A stretch of DNA of 64,000 nucleotides from a virus: IMG/VR virus record IMGVR_UViG_3300027833_000001, positions 1 to 64,000 of that record; one strand, given 5' to 3'. A program made the translations under genes and the position numbers. Under the pieces are notes generated by a model, which ran no database searches, had not been told where the DNA came from, and worked only from the letters and a program-made list of their open reading frames with translations. This document shows positions 7,928-17,314 of the stretch, piece after piece (the stretch's first letter is position 1; every line of letters starts with the position of its first letter).

Positions 7928-9541
7928 ATGGCAGTAGACGTACTACTTTTTACGGGTATCTCCGCATATTCGTATGAAGTAACAAATATGAGTACCTCAC
8001 CTTCTTATGAAATGGCGATGCGAACATCAGGCACGTATCGAGTTGCCACCTACCTCAGAGAAACATATGATCTAAACGTAGAAGTTGTTGACTATCTACA
8101 CTCATGGACATATGAAGAACTAGTCGAAATCGTTGATAGTAGAGTAGACCGCAATACCAAACTAGTTGGTGTTGGAGGCATCTTCTATTTAAACACTCCC
8201 AATATAGCAAGTATATTTCAATACGTCAAGGAAAACTATGACGTAGTAACAGTGGCTGGCAGCCAAGGATTGTGGTCTATTGCATCCATACCCAACATAG
8301 ACTATGCCATAGTAGGATACGGAGAACTGGGTATCAGCGCAGTACTTGCTGGTAATCCAATATACTCAGAGAAATCAGTTTATCCTGGTGGACCAACGGT
8401 AAAAGTTGTTGAGTGTATGGACACAAAAGAGTACAATGCATTCCCTTGGAAAAATATTGGAATTGGATATGAAAAGCGAGACTTTGTAAGACCAGAAGAG
8501 ACACTATCATTTGAGACTTCAAGAGGATGTCGTTTTCAATGTGCATATTGTAACTTTCCTATTCTTGGTGTGAAAGATGACCACACAAGATCAGCCGAAG
8601 ACTTTGAACGCGATCTCAAGCGCAACTATGACACATGGGGTACAACAGATTACATTGTTACAGATGATACTTTTAATGATTACACAGACAAGATAACAAA
8701 GTACGCTGATGTAGTACAAGATTTATCATTTGAGGTTGACTTTACAGGATATATCCGTGCTGATTTAATGACACAGAGAAAGGGTGATTTAGAACAACTT
8801 GCTAGGATGAGATTCAATAGTCACTTATATGGAATTGAGTCAACAAACAGAGAATCAGCTAAAGCAATGGGTAAAGGTGGCGATCCTAAAAAGATTCTTG
8901 ATGGCATATTAGAAGCAAAAGAATATATGTTAAAGCAGACTGGGTACTATAGAGGTGAGATGAGTTTCATATGGGGGCTGCCGTACGAGACAAGAGAAAC
9001 GCTTGACTGGACATTTGATTGGATAGATAAAAATTGGCAGGGAGAAGCAATGTCAATGTTTGATCTCAGTATACCAATGGCAGGTCCACACGCTATTATT
9101 CGTAGCAATATACTCTCCACAAACCTAGATAAATACAATTATAGAAAGGCTCAACCAATAGAAATATCTAACATTGATGTTCAACTACAACAAATTTTAG
9201 ATGACCCTAATGTTGATGATTTCAATAAGAATAGAATGCGTTTGATGAAACCGGATCCAAATGATCCATTGTATCAGATACACACGGTACTATGGAAAAA
9301 CGAACACTGGGATATGATTAGTGCGTGGTTAGGATGTCAAACAGAGTTATATGGCAACAAACGATACTGGGATAGAGGCATTCCAATCTTCAATCAAGCC
9401 AACTGGACATCGGTAGGATACAAAAAAACTGACTTATTGAAGTCATTTAGGGAACTTGGACTGACAATGCACCCACCTATAGAAAAAAGAAGAGCGGTTA
9501 TTGAAGAATACAAGCAGAATAAACTTTCCTGGGTATCTTAG
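7928..9541 (+). CDS. Radical SAM enzyme with B12-binding-like N-terminal region (class B-like architecture)
   Basis: ETSRGCRFQCAYC, VTDDTF, YGIES, IDYAIVGYGE and FIWGLPYET. Confidence 0.85.
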   Translation: MAVDVLLFTGISAYSYEVTNMSTSPSYEMAMRTSGTYRVATYLRETYDLNVEVVDYLHSWTYEELVEIVDSRVDRNTKLVGVGGIFYLNTPNIASIFQYVKENYDVVTVAGSQGLWSIASIPNIDYAIVGYGELGISAVLAGNPIYSEKSVYPGGPTVKVVECMDTKEYNAFPWKNIGIGYEKRDFVRPEETLSFETSRGCRFQCAYCNFPILGVKDDHTRSAEDFERDLKRNYDTWGTTDYIVTDDTFNDYTDKITKYADVVQDLSFEVDFTGYIRADLMTQRKGDLEQLARMRFNSHLYGIESTNRESAKAMGKGGDPKKILDGILEAKEYMLKQTGYYRGEMSFIWGLPYETRETLDWTFDWIDKNWQGEAMSMFDLSIPMAGPHAIIRSNILSTNLDKYNYRKAQPIEISNIDVQLQQILDDPNVDDFNKNRMRLMKPDPNDPLYQIHTVLWKNEHWDMISAWLGCQTELYGNKRYWDRGIPIFNQANWTSVGYKKTDLLKSFRELGLTMHPPIEKRRAVIEEYKQNKLSWVS

Positions 9542-9544
9542 ATT

Positions 9545-9552
9545 TATAAATA
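9545..9552 (+). promoter_or_regulatory. T4-type late promoter TATAAATA
   Basis: Exact consensus upstream of SD AGGAG and the ATG at 9585. Confidence 0.85.
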
Positions 9553-9584
9553 TGATTACAAATAAAATCTTTAGGAGATAACCG

Positions 9585-11678
9585 ATGTCAATTGAAAGAC
9601 GCATTAAAGATATTATGTCGGGCGATAACCAACTGCAAGAAGCTGATCAATCCAGGCGTCTAGATATGTTGGTTCGTCAGGGCTTAATGTCTCCTGCTAA
9701 GTTACCTATTTTAAAAAGAGGTTTAGCAAAATTGAATGATGGTAAGGCTATGGCACCAAATGAAAGAGATGCCGTAAAGTCGTTACTTAATAGTTTCATG
9801 TTTATAGTGCTTGGAGATGATGCAGTCTTTAACAGGGCAAAACAGAATACTCAAAAGAACAAATACCAGCAAGAAGATGTCCAAGAGTATGTAGAAGAAT
9901 CTTGTTCTTGCTGTGATAACAAAATCGAATCTGATGGAACTTGTGGTTGTGACGAATCTTGTGACCATTGTGGTGGACAACATAACGTATCAGAAGAATT
10001 TAAAGCACATGATATGTGGGATCCTAAAACTGGTGAAAAGAAATTAGCCAAAACAGAGAAAGAGCATCTAGCATTAAAAGATAAGGGTTGGGAACATGAA
10101 GATCCTAATCAGAAAGAAGAGCAAAAAGATTTCAATGAAGCCATCGATCCTGAAGAAGACGAAGCACTGACTGATGAAGAAATGGAAGCAATTCTCAGTG
10201 ATGACTCCATTGATACTGATTTGAGTGAAGATTACAAAACTGGTCACAAATCATACACAGATGCAGTCAATACTGCATTCTCACATCATGCCAAAAGAGA
10301 TAACATTCACTCTACACCAGATCACAAGGCAGATCATATTGGATTAAATTCTAAGAAGCCAGGTAGTGGTAAAACAACTCGCGTGAACATTCCTGCTACA
10401 CACAAAGAAACTGGCAAGAAACACATGATTCATATGCAAGTACACAATAAAGGTGGATCACACCCGTACGAGTTAAACACATACTCTAGTAAACTGCCAC
10501 GTAAAGATCAGAAAGAATCAGTTGATGAAGCTGTGTTCGATAGAGATGCTAATTCTAATTCATTTAACAGACTAAAATCAAAAACTACTAAAGTAAAAAC
10601 AGGCGAGAAGCGTAACCCAAAAACTGGTAAAATGGAACCAGTAATGGGAACGACTACTACGCCACAGGGGAACCCATCTATGAGCATTAAAAAAGAACAC
10701 GTTGGTCCATCACCACTGGATGTATGGAAAACACATCAAGATAAATTGTCAGAAGGTGGTTTCAAGACCATGGCTACTGATGCCTCAGAAACTGCTAGAT
10801 TAGCCAAAAAGAAAAAAGTTGGCGACATGAATCCTGCTGAAAAATCAGCTAATGATTCAAGACGCAAAGAGTACAACGATTATCAAAAATCTAAGCGCAA
10901 CGAAGAAGTTGAAGAACAGGGCGAGACTCTGCAAGAGGGCGGAGAAGTTCAATCAGCATCTGGCGCATCAATGAATAAGAAAAATCAAATGGACAAACCA
11001 GTTGGTTATGGTATTCCTGGTGTTAAAAAGCCTAAGAAAGATACGCTTGTAGCTAATCCTAAATCAGGAAGAGTTCGCAAAGTAACTAAGAATCGTGCCG
11101 CTTCAGCCGTTAAGAAAGGCTTTGTATATGCAGAAGAGTGGACTACGGAAGACCTTGAAGCACTGTTTGAAATGGACTACAAAGAAAAGTTCCAAGCAAT
11201 GCTTAAAAAGACTGGTAAATCACTTGCAGATATGTCTGACGAAGATAAGAAGAAATTCTTTGGTGCAGTAGATGCCGCTCATTCAGCTAAGAACGAAGAC
11301 TTTGAAGAATTTACTATGGACTCCTTCAATGAGTTTACTGCTGAACAAGAACAGTTAGCAATTGAAGAAGGTGCCGCAGAAGATGCTAGAAGAGATGCTC
11401 GGAAAGATAGCAGAGGTTTAGCACCTACTAAGCAAGATAAACCAGATGTATCACATAATGCAAAGACGGACAAGAGCGTAGAGCATATTGTTCCTCAGTT
11501 AAGAAAAGCAATGTCTATTGGAAAGAAAGTAACTTTTCAAGACGGAAAATCCCATACAATTAGCAAGGGACATGCCGCTAAATTCTTATCTAAATATATG
11601 ACTGGCAAACCAGCAGACAAAGAAAGAATGCAGAGTCACGGTCATACATCACACGAACATTTTAAAAAACACGTATAA
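9585..11678 (+). CDS. Large late protein, probable head-internal multi-module protein
   Basis: Late promoter; alternating acidic linkers and small basic modules separated by (L/V/I)xE sites; Cys cluster. Confidence 0.6.
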   Translation: MSIERRIKDIMSGDNQLQEADQSRRLDMLVRQGLMSPAKLPILKRGLAKLNDGKAMAPNERDAVKSLLNSFMFIVLGDDAVFNRAKQNTQKNKYQQEDVQEYVEESCSCCDNKIESDGTCGCDESCDHCGGQHNVSEEFKAHDMWDPKTGEKKLAKTEKEHLALKDKGWEHEDPNQKEEQKDFNEAIDPEEDEALTDEEMEAILSDDSIDTDLSEDYKTGHKSYTDAVNTAFSHHAKRDNIHSTPDHKADHIGLNSKKPGSGKTTRVNIPATHKETGKKHMIHMQVHNKGGSHPYELNTYSSKLPRKDQKESVDEAVFDRDANSNSFNRLKSKTTKVKTGEKRNPKTGKMEPVMGTTTTPQGNPSMSIKKEHVGPSPLDVWKTHQDKLSEGGFKTMATDASETARLAKKKKVGDMNPAEKSANDSRRKEYNDYQKSKRNEEVEEQGETLQEGGEVQSASGASMNKKNQMDKPVGYGIPGVKKPKKDTLVANPKSGRVRKVTKNRAASAVKKGFVYAEEWTTEDLEALFEMDYKEKFQAMLKKTGKSLADMSDEDKKKFFGAVDAAHSAKNEDFEEFTMDSFNEFTAEQEQLAIEEGAAEDARRDARKDSRGLAPTKQDKPDVSHNAKTDKSVEHIVPQLRKAMSIGKKVTFQDGKSHTISKGHAAKFLSKYMTGKPADKERMQSHGHTSHEHFKKHV

Positions 11679-11701
11679 ACAAAAACTAGGAGAATACAAT
11701 C

Positions 11702-12478
11702 ATGTCCGCATGGGGAAAAACAGACGATAAGACTAGTTCAGGTACTATAGCACTTACTACTGCAGGTGCTGTTACTGGAACTAGCACAGCTTTCACTACT
11801 GAAAGCGCAATTGGTGACACTCTCACCGCAAACGCAATCGATTTCAGAATCACTGCAATAGCATCTGATACTGCCGCTACGGTAGTAAATGCTAATGCTT
11901 CTGGTACTGCTATTGTAGCACAATCTGCAGGCGCCGCTTACACATTGAGCGAAAAGCCTAAATCTATTGGTTCTAATTCGGTTGGTGGTTACACCTCTGA
12001 AACTACATTTGGTGTAGATGAGAACGAAATGGCAGCCAACCCAGATATTGGTGCTGGTCATGCTGGATGGGTTCACGTAAGAACTAACGGATCTCGTAAA
12101 ATCTCAGAAACATTAGTAGCATTATCTAAGAATGGTATTACTGGCGATGCTGAAGATACAGAATTCGAAGATTACTTACTGTCTATCACTACTCAGCCAT
12201 CTAATAGCACTAAAGCTACTGGAGAAGCAGAGTCATTCACTGTAGTAGCCGCATCTACTGGAACTGGTGGTACGATTACGTTCCAATGGCAGTTGCAGAC
12301 AGGCGGTACAGGATCATTTGGTAACATATCAAATGCCGGTGTATACACTACAGCAACAACAGCTACTTTGAATATTTCAGACAACACAGGTCTTGGCACT
12401 AACAAGTACCGTTGTGTAGTTAGTAAAACAGGCGCAGATGATGTAACATCTACCGCTGCCACACTGACTGAAAGCTAA
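11702..12478 (+). CDS. Virion structural protein with C-terminal Ig-like domain (Hoc/decoration-like)
   Basis: MSAWGKTD N-terminus; Thr/Ala/Gly rich; ITTQP..FQWQ..YRCVV Ig pattern. Confidence 0.7.
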   Translation: MSAWGKTDDKTSSGTIALTTAGAVTGTSTAFTTESAIGDTLTANAIDFRITAIASDTAATVVNANASGTAIVAQSAGAAYTLSEKPKSIGSNSVGGYTSETTFGVDENEMAANPDIGAGHAGWVHVRTNGSRKISETLVALSKNGITGDAEDTEFEDYLLSITTQPSNSTKATGEAESFTVVAASTGTGGTITFQWQLQTGGTGSFGNISNAGVYTTATTATLNISDNTGLGTNKYRCVVSKTGADDVTSTAATLTES

Positions 12479-12486
12479 TATAAATA
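12479..12486 (+). promoter_or_regulatory. T4-type late promoter TATAAATA
   Basis: Exact consensus directly after the stop codon at 12478. Confidence 0.8.
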
Positions 12487-12511
12487 CTTTTAACAACAGG
12501 AGTATTTTTAA

Positions 12512-12955
12512 ATGGCTGATTCGAAAGTAAGTGAACTCACAGCGGCAACGTCAGTTGCCGCAGTGGACAACCTTTATCTGGTAAAAGGTGGAGCTAGTAA
12601 CAAGATTACAATAGCTAACCTTTTTGCCGATGTTCCAACCCCGGCATCCTTTTCAGGAAAAGTTAGTATTGCTGGTACAGATACTATCACTGCACCGGGT
12701 GCCATCTCAGTTGCAACTAATACCACGCTTATTACAAATCCTTCCTCAGCAGGGAATTTGAACATAATTGCTGGTGTAACTGGGCAGATCAAAATTATTA
12801 TAATGACATCGAATAGTGCTGGACATATTGTTAGTTTAATTGACTCACAATTAGCCCACGCATCGATTGCGTTTTCATCCGCTGGTGACACTGCCCAACT
12901 TATTTACTTAGCTGACAAGTGGTATTGCATTGGAGGTACGGCTACCGTATCGTAA
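12512..12955 (+). CDS. Putative virion fibre/decoration protein
   Basis: MADSKVSELTAATS..LYLV..NKITIANL N-terminus is common in phage fibre proteins; beta-rich C-terminus. Confidence 0.6.
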   Translation: MADSKVSELTAATSVAAVDNLYLVKGGASNKITIANLFADVPTPASFSGKVSIAGTDTITAPGAISVATNTTLITNPSSAGNLNIIAGVTGQIKIIIMTSNSAGHIVSLIDSQLAHASIAFSSAGDTAQLIYLADKWYCIGGTATVS

Positions 12956-12973
12956 CATAAAAAGACTTACTTA

Positions 12974-13357
12974 ATGATAGAATTGAATGAAGATACTTTT
13001 TTGGTATTTGCTCTAAAGAATTATAATAACCCAGAATGTACGGGAATGGACGATTTTGAAGAGGATACTAAAAGATTCAAGTATCTAAAAAGATTATTTA
13101 ACAGATATGAAAGCAGTGGTATTTTAAAAGACAGATTGATTATTAACCATTTAATAGTCCTATATAATGTGTTTGATAAAGCCGCTACACCAATGTTATT
13201 CTACAAGATAGATAGAGAACATTGGTCCATATTAAAGACTTTCCTTGTGTTCTTGAATAGAATGCCAATGGAACAGATCGTTACTGGTGGGGTATCAATC
13301 GAGGAGACTGATATCCAACTAAATTTCGATATAATAAACATACTTAGGAAGATTTAA
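12974..13357 (+). CDS. Conserved T4-like hypothetical protein
   Basis: KNYNNPEC..DTKRFKYLKRLF..RLIINHLIVLYNVF, a family usually found upstream of the primase. Confidence 0.7.
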   Translation: MIELNEDTFLVFALKNYNNPECTGMDDFEEDTKRFKYLKRLFNRYESSGILKDRLIINHLIVLYNVFDKAATPMLFYKIDREHWSILKTFLVFLNRMPMEQIVTGGVSIEETDIQLNFDIINILRKI

Positions 13358-13884
13358 TGTCACGCACGATTGATGCACTTATTGTTTACCGAATTCTTAG
13401 GTTGTTCGCAACCAAGATCGAAGACTTTGATGCTTTCAAATTCGGCATTATTGACGCCAACGGAAAGAAATTAAAGAATCCGAAAACAGAGGAAGAGAGA
13501 AACTCTTGGACAATGCTAGTTCGCTTTGTCCTAAAGGTCAAGAGCAGTCTTCTTAAATCTTCAGATATGAATGCACGTAGACTATTGACATTTGCCGCGG
13601 CAGTTGCTATACTACGAGAACATGGAGAAGATGCAGAGGAGCATTTAGACTTACTAGAACTGTATATGACAGATGAGGCTGTTATTAAAGAAGCTAGTCT
13701 ATTAGAGAACTACAATCTGATGACGTTTAAGTCATTCCTCACAGATGAAGCGGCAATGTCAGTAGGAGCCGGAGGAGTTGCTGGAATAGGAACAGGTCCA
13801 GCATCACAAAGAGAACCGGGCAGAGATCCAGTATTCATGCCCATGGTCCGCAGAAAAAAGAAGAAAAAAGATGCCACCAAATAA
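13357..13884 (+). CDS. Conserved T4-like protein (gp61.1-like)
   Basis: YRILRL..DAFKFGIIDANGK motif and position upstream of gene 61. Confidence 0.55.
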   Translation: MSRTIDALIVYRILRLFATKIEDFDAFKFGIIDANGKKLKNPKTEEERNSWTMLVRFVLKVKSSLLKSSDMNARRLLTFAAAVAILREHGEDAEEHLDLLELYMTDEAVIKEASLLENYNLMTFKSFLTDEAAMSVGAGGVAGIGTGPASQREPGRDPVFMPMVRRKKKKKDATK

Positions 13885-14371
13885 TACGGAAACTGTAGAA
13901 ACTAAGGTTGCAATCTTACAGAACGACATGAAACAAATGTCAGGATTGTTTCAAAGACTTGACGATGCCATAGAGAAGATGAGTGAGGTGTCTAATTGTA
14001 TTAATAAATTATTAGCCGTACATGAGGTGCAATTAGCCCAAGCGGCAACGGATACTGGAGAACTTTTCAACTTGGTAGAAACACGTAGAGTAGAGCAGGA
14101 TGCAATGGAGAAAGAATTGCATTCTCGTATTACGACTCAGAGTAGAGAAATCAAAGAAGAACTCAGAGATGACTATAAAAGGCTGGTGGATTCCATTGGC
14201 GAACTAAAGATCATGCTAGGCACGGCTGTAAAAGACGCTGACGATCAACGGATGCGACAGGAAGAACGTATCAAGATCATTGAACGTAAGCAATGGCTCA
14301 TTATGGGTGGTGCTTTGGCTGGTGGATTCATACTTGGCAATTTAATTGATTTATTGGCAATTTTTGCTTGA
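13871..14371 (+). CDS. Coiled-coil protein with C-terminal membrane anchor
   Basis: Heptads followed by WLIMGGALAGGFILGNLI. Confidence 0.7.
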   Translation: MPPNNTETVETKVAILQNDMKQMSGLFQRLDDAIEKMSEVSNCINKLLAVHEVQLAQAATDTGELFNLVETRRVEQDAMEKELHSRITTQSREIKEELRDDYKRLVDSIGELKIMLGTAVKDADDQRMRQEERIKIIERKQWLIMGGALAGGFILGNLIDLLAIFA

Positions 14372-14396
14372 CATACGAATAAACACCTGCTATAAT
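14368..14396 (+). promoter_or_regulatory. Sigma70-type promoter (primase)
   Basis: TTGACA-17-TATAAT with extended -10 TG. Confidence 0.85.
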
Positions 14397-14421
14397 GTAG
14401 TCTAATTAGCAGGGTTATATT

Positions 14422-15441
14422 ATGAGTCTTTATATTGATATCAAGTACCTTAACTTGATCTCCCACAGATTTGAATTATTCAAACGAAAAGATGACAATC
14501 TCTGGAATGTGAGATGTCCAATCTGTGGCGATTCCCAAAAGAAAAAGACCAAGATGCGTGGCTATTTTTATCGCAAAGAAAATGGACTATTCTACAAGTG
14601 CCACAATTGCGATTTTGGTACAAATTTTGGTAATATGTTAGAGAAGCTAGACACCCTATCCTATAAAGAATATGTTCTGGAAAGATACAGCAATGGACAG
14701 AGCAAATTCACCTCCCATAAGAAACCCGTACTACCAGATTTCAAGCCTAAATTCAAGCCTAAGTCCGTTATAGATAGTTTAATGGATAGACTTGATACTC
14801 TCCCCTATGACCATGAAGCGGTCAAGTATTGTGAGTCAAGGGCTATACCCAAAGACACTTATGATAGATTGTATTACATAGACAATATCAAAAATGTAAT
14901 TCAACTTAATGATAAGTATAAAGAGTCAATAAGAACTGAAGAACCACGGCTTGCTATTCCATTTTTTGATGGTAATGGTAGACTTTTATCCGTTGCACTT
15001 AGAGCAATTCGTGGGGAAGCATTACGTTATATAATTATTAAGGTGCATGAAGACGCACCAACTGTATTCGGTCTTGATAAGATCGATGTGAATGAGCAAA
15101 TCACAGTGGTTGAAGGACAACTTGATAGCTTATTTTTGGACAATGCGATCTCTGTATCGGGAACTAGTTTCTCAAAGATAGAGAGTCTCAATTTGCCCAA
15201 AGAACGGTTGAATATCGTTTTTGATAATCAACCAAAGAATACTGAAATCTGTAGATTGATGAAGAAATATATAGACTTACAGTATTCCATTTGTATCTGG
15301 CCAGAAGATATTAACGGCAAAGATATTAATGAAATGGTACTGAGCGGGTTGACAAGACAATGTGTTTCTGATATAATAGTCAAAAATACATTTAAAGGTC
15401 TTCAAGCGCAGATGAAACTATCTTCATGGAAAAAATGTTAG
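14422..15441 (+). CDS. 61: DNA primase, T4 gp61
   Basis: Zn finger RCPICGDS..YKCHNC; TOPRIM motifs VVEGQLDSLF, FDNQP and KDINEM. Confidence 0.95.
   Translation: MSLYIDIKYLNLISHRFELFKRKDDNLWNVRCPICGDSQKKKTKMRGYFYRKENGLFYKCHNCDFGTNFGNMLEKLDTLSYKEYVLERYSNGQSKFTSHKKPVLPDFKPKFKPKSVIDSLMDRLDTLPYDHEAVKYCESRAIPKDTYDRLYYIDNIKNVIQLNDKYKESIRTEEPRLAIPFFDGNGRLLSVALRAIRGEALRYIIIKVHEDAPTVFGLDKIDVNEQITVVEGQLDSLFLDNAISVSGTSFSKIESLNLPKERLNIVFDNQPKNTEICRLMKKYIDLQYSICIWPEDINGKDINEMVLSGLTRQCVSDIIVKNTFKGLQAQMKLSSWKKC
15349..15377 (+). promoter_or_regulatory. Sigma70-type promoter inside the primase 3' end
   Basis: TTGACA-17-TATAAT; positioned to drive 15454 and the thyX/nrd cluster. Confidence 0.75.
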
Positions 15442-15453
15442 GAGAAATATAGC

Positions 15454-15747
15454 ATGACGATTTGGCAAAAGATCAAAGCCTTTTTTGGTGTAGTCGAAGA
15501 TAAACTAGACTATAACAAAGACGGTGTAGTATCCTCTCAAGATGCAAAAGATGCGTTAAAGGATGCTAAAGGAAAAGTAAATGAAGTCAAAGCCGAGACT
15601 AAGCGTAGAGTTAAAAGAGTCAAGGAAGAGATTTCTGACGTAGCAGAAGCCGCTAAAGATGTCGCTGAACAAGCTGGCGATGTTGTCGATGCAGTCAAAG
15701 GTAAGACAAGACGCGGTAGACCAAAAAAGAAAGCGACTAAAAAGTAA
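15454..15747 (+). CDS. Small protein with EF-hand-like loop, LEA-like helix and AT-hook-like tail
   Basis: DYNKDGVVSSQD loop; RRGRPKK tail; SD AGGAG. Confidence 0.6.
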   Translation: MTIWQKIKAFFGVVEDKLDYNKDGVVSSQDAKDALKDAKGKVNEVKAETKRRVKRVKEEISDVAEAAKDVAEQAGDVVDAVKGKTRRGRPKKKATKK

Positions 15748-15773
15748 ACCACAACCCTTAACAGGAATATATT

Positions 15774-16457
15774 ATGTATCAAGAAGTGAATTTGATAGGT
15801 TTAACTACCCCGAGTGCTAACACAGGGTGTAACACGGCAGAAGAGTTAGTCGCTTATGCCGCCCGTGTTAGCAATCCGGGGAATCAAAGTAACAAACTCT
15901 CAGCACCAAAACTATTAGGGTATCTAATCAAAGAAAACCATTGGTCTCCTTTTGAGATGGTGTCTGTGACGTTGGAGATTAAAACTACAAGAGACATATC
16001 TAGACAGATTGTTCGCCATCGTAGTTTTAGTTTTCAAGAGTTTAGTCAACGGTATGCGGTATCTGAAGATTTCGTAACCCGTGAAGCACGACTACAAGAC
16101 AAGAAGAATCGACAGAATAGTATAGCTATTGACCGCTCAGATGTCAAGCAAATTGAACTTGCTGAAGAGTGGAATATGCAACAGATCAAACTAACAGAAA
16201 AAGTTAAAAAACTATACAAGTGGGCATTAGACAATGGCATAGCAAAAGAACAAGCACGTGCCATTCTGCCAGAAGGCAACACAGTGACTACATTGTATAT
16301 GTCTGGTACACTCAGAAGCTGGATACATTATTGTCAGTTGCGTATGGCAAATGGTACACAAGCAGAGCATATGGAAATTGCTCAACTCGCTTGGAATATA
16401 CTTGAAGGGCATTTCCCAAACACTACAACCGCAGTACGGGAACTAGATAATGATTGA
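15774..16457 (+). CDS. thyX: FAD-dependent thymidylate synthase
   Basis: HWSPFE, RHRSFSFQEFSQRY and EQARAILP. Confidence 0.95.
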   Translation: MYQEVNLIGLTTPSANTGCNTAEELVAYAARVSNPGNQSNKLSAPKLLGYLIKENHWSPFEMVSVTLEIKTTRDISRQIVRHRSFSFQEFSQRYAVSEDFVTREARLQDKKNRQNSIAIDRSDVKQIELAEEWNMQQIKLTEKVKKLYKWALDNGIAKEQARAILPEGNTVTTLYMSGTLRSWIHYCQLRMANGTQAEHMEIAQLAWNILEGHFPNTTTAVRELDND

Positions 16458-17313
16458 TAGAATTTACATACCGACTGTTCGTAGAGCAGACAATCAGATT
16501 ACTTTTGATAATCTTCCTAAAGAACTGCAAAAGCGAGTTGTTATGGTTGTCGAGCCAGGTGAAAGACACCTATACAATTACGACTGTGAGTATCTTGAGA
16601 TACCAGAAGAGTTTGTCGGTACGTGGACTCAATTAGCACAGACTAGACACTTCATTCACAAACACGCTGGATCTATTAAATATTGTGTTGCGGATGATGA
16701 TATCATTATTAGAAAAAGAAATTCTAGGTACTGGTCTGACATTTCTGATATGGAAAAGTCCAAGAGAAATGCTACCCAAGAAGAAATACTTAGATTATAT
16801 GAAACAGCAGATAAATGGTTTGATGAACACGATATTGGTGTTGTTGGTCTTTCAGATGCTGGAAGCCATCCAGGATTTGACGAATACCATGATACTAAAG
16901 ATGTGTACTCATACATATTCTATGATGGAAGAATGCTTTCAGAAGTCATTGATGACATAGACATATGTTCGTTGAGAATTGCAGAAGATGTTTTGTTTCT
17001 ATATGAAGTTTTATCTAGAGGAATAAACACTAGACGGTCTACGGAATTCATGTACGATAATAGAAGTATGGTAGACAAGAAACTTAAAAATACACGCGAA
17101 GTATGGACTGGTATGTATGAAAAAGAAGAAGATAGACCAGACAACTTTTACCAAAGCAAAGAACATTATGACGCTATGAGATATATTCAACAAAAGTATC
17201 CTCATGGAGTAAAGATTTTCGAAAAAGATGGAAAGATGAAGAACGTCAAGTATTGGAAAAAAGTTTATAACCCACATACTAAGCCATCTTTATCAGATTT
17301 ACTAGGAGAATAG
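16450..17313 (+). CDS. GT-A glycosyltransferase, TET-associated (TAGT)/GREB1-like
   Basis: IYIPTVRR, VVEPGE, VADDDI (DxD) and AEDVLFLYEVLSRG. Confidence 0.65.
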   Translation: MIDRIYIPTVRRADNQITFDNLPKELQKRVVMVVEPGERHLYNYDCEYLEIPEEFVGTWTQLAQTRHFIHKHAGSIKYCVADDDIIIRKRNSRYWSDISDMEKSKRNATQEEILRLYETADKWFDEHDIGVVGLSDAGSHPGFDEYHDTKDVYSYIFYDGRMLSEVIDDIDICSLRIAEDVLFLYEVLSRGINTRRSTEFMYDNRSMVDKKLKNTREVWTGMYEKEEDRPDNFYQSKEHYDAMRYIQQKYPHGVKIFEKDGKMKNVKYWKKVYNPHTKPSLSDLLGE

Positions 17314-17314
17314 T

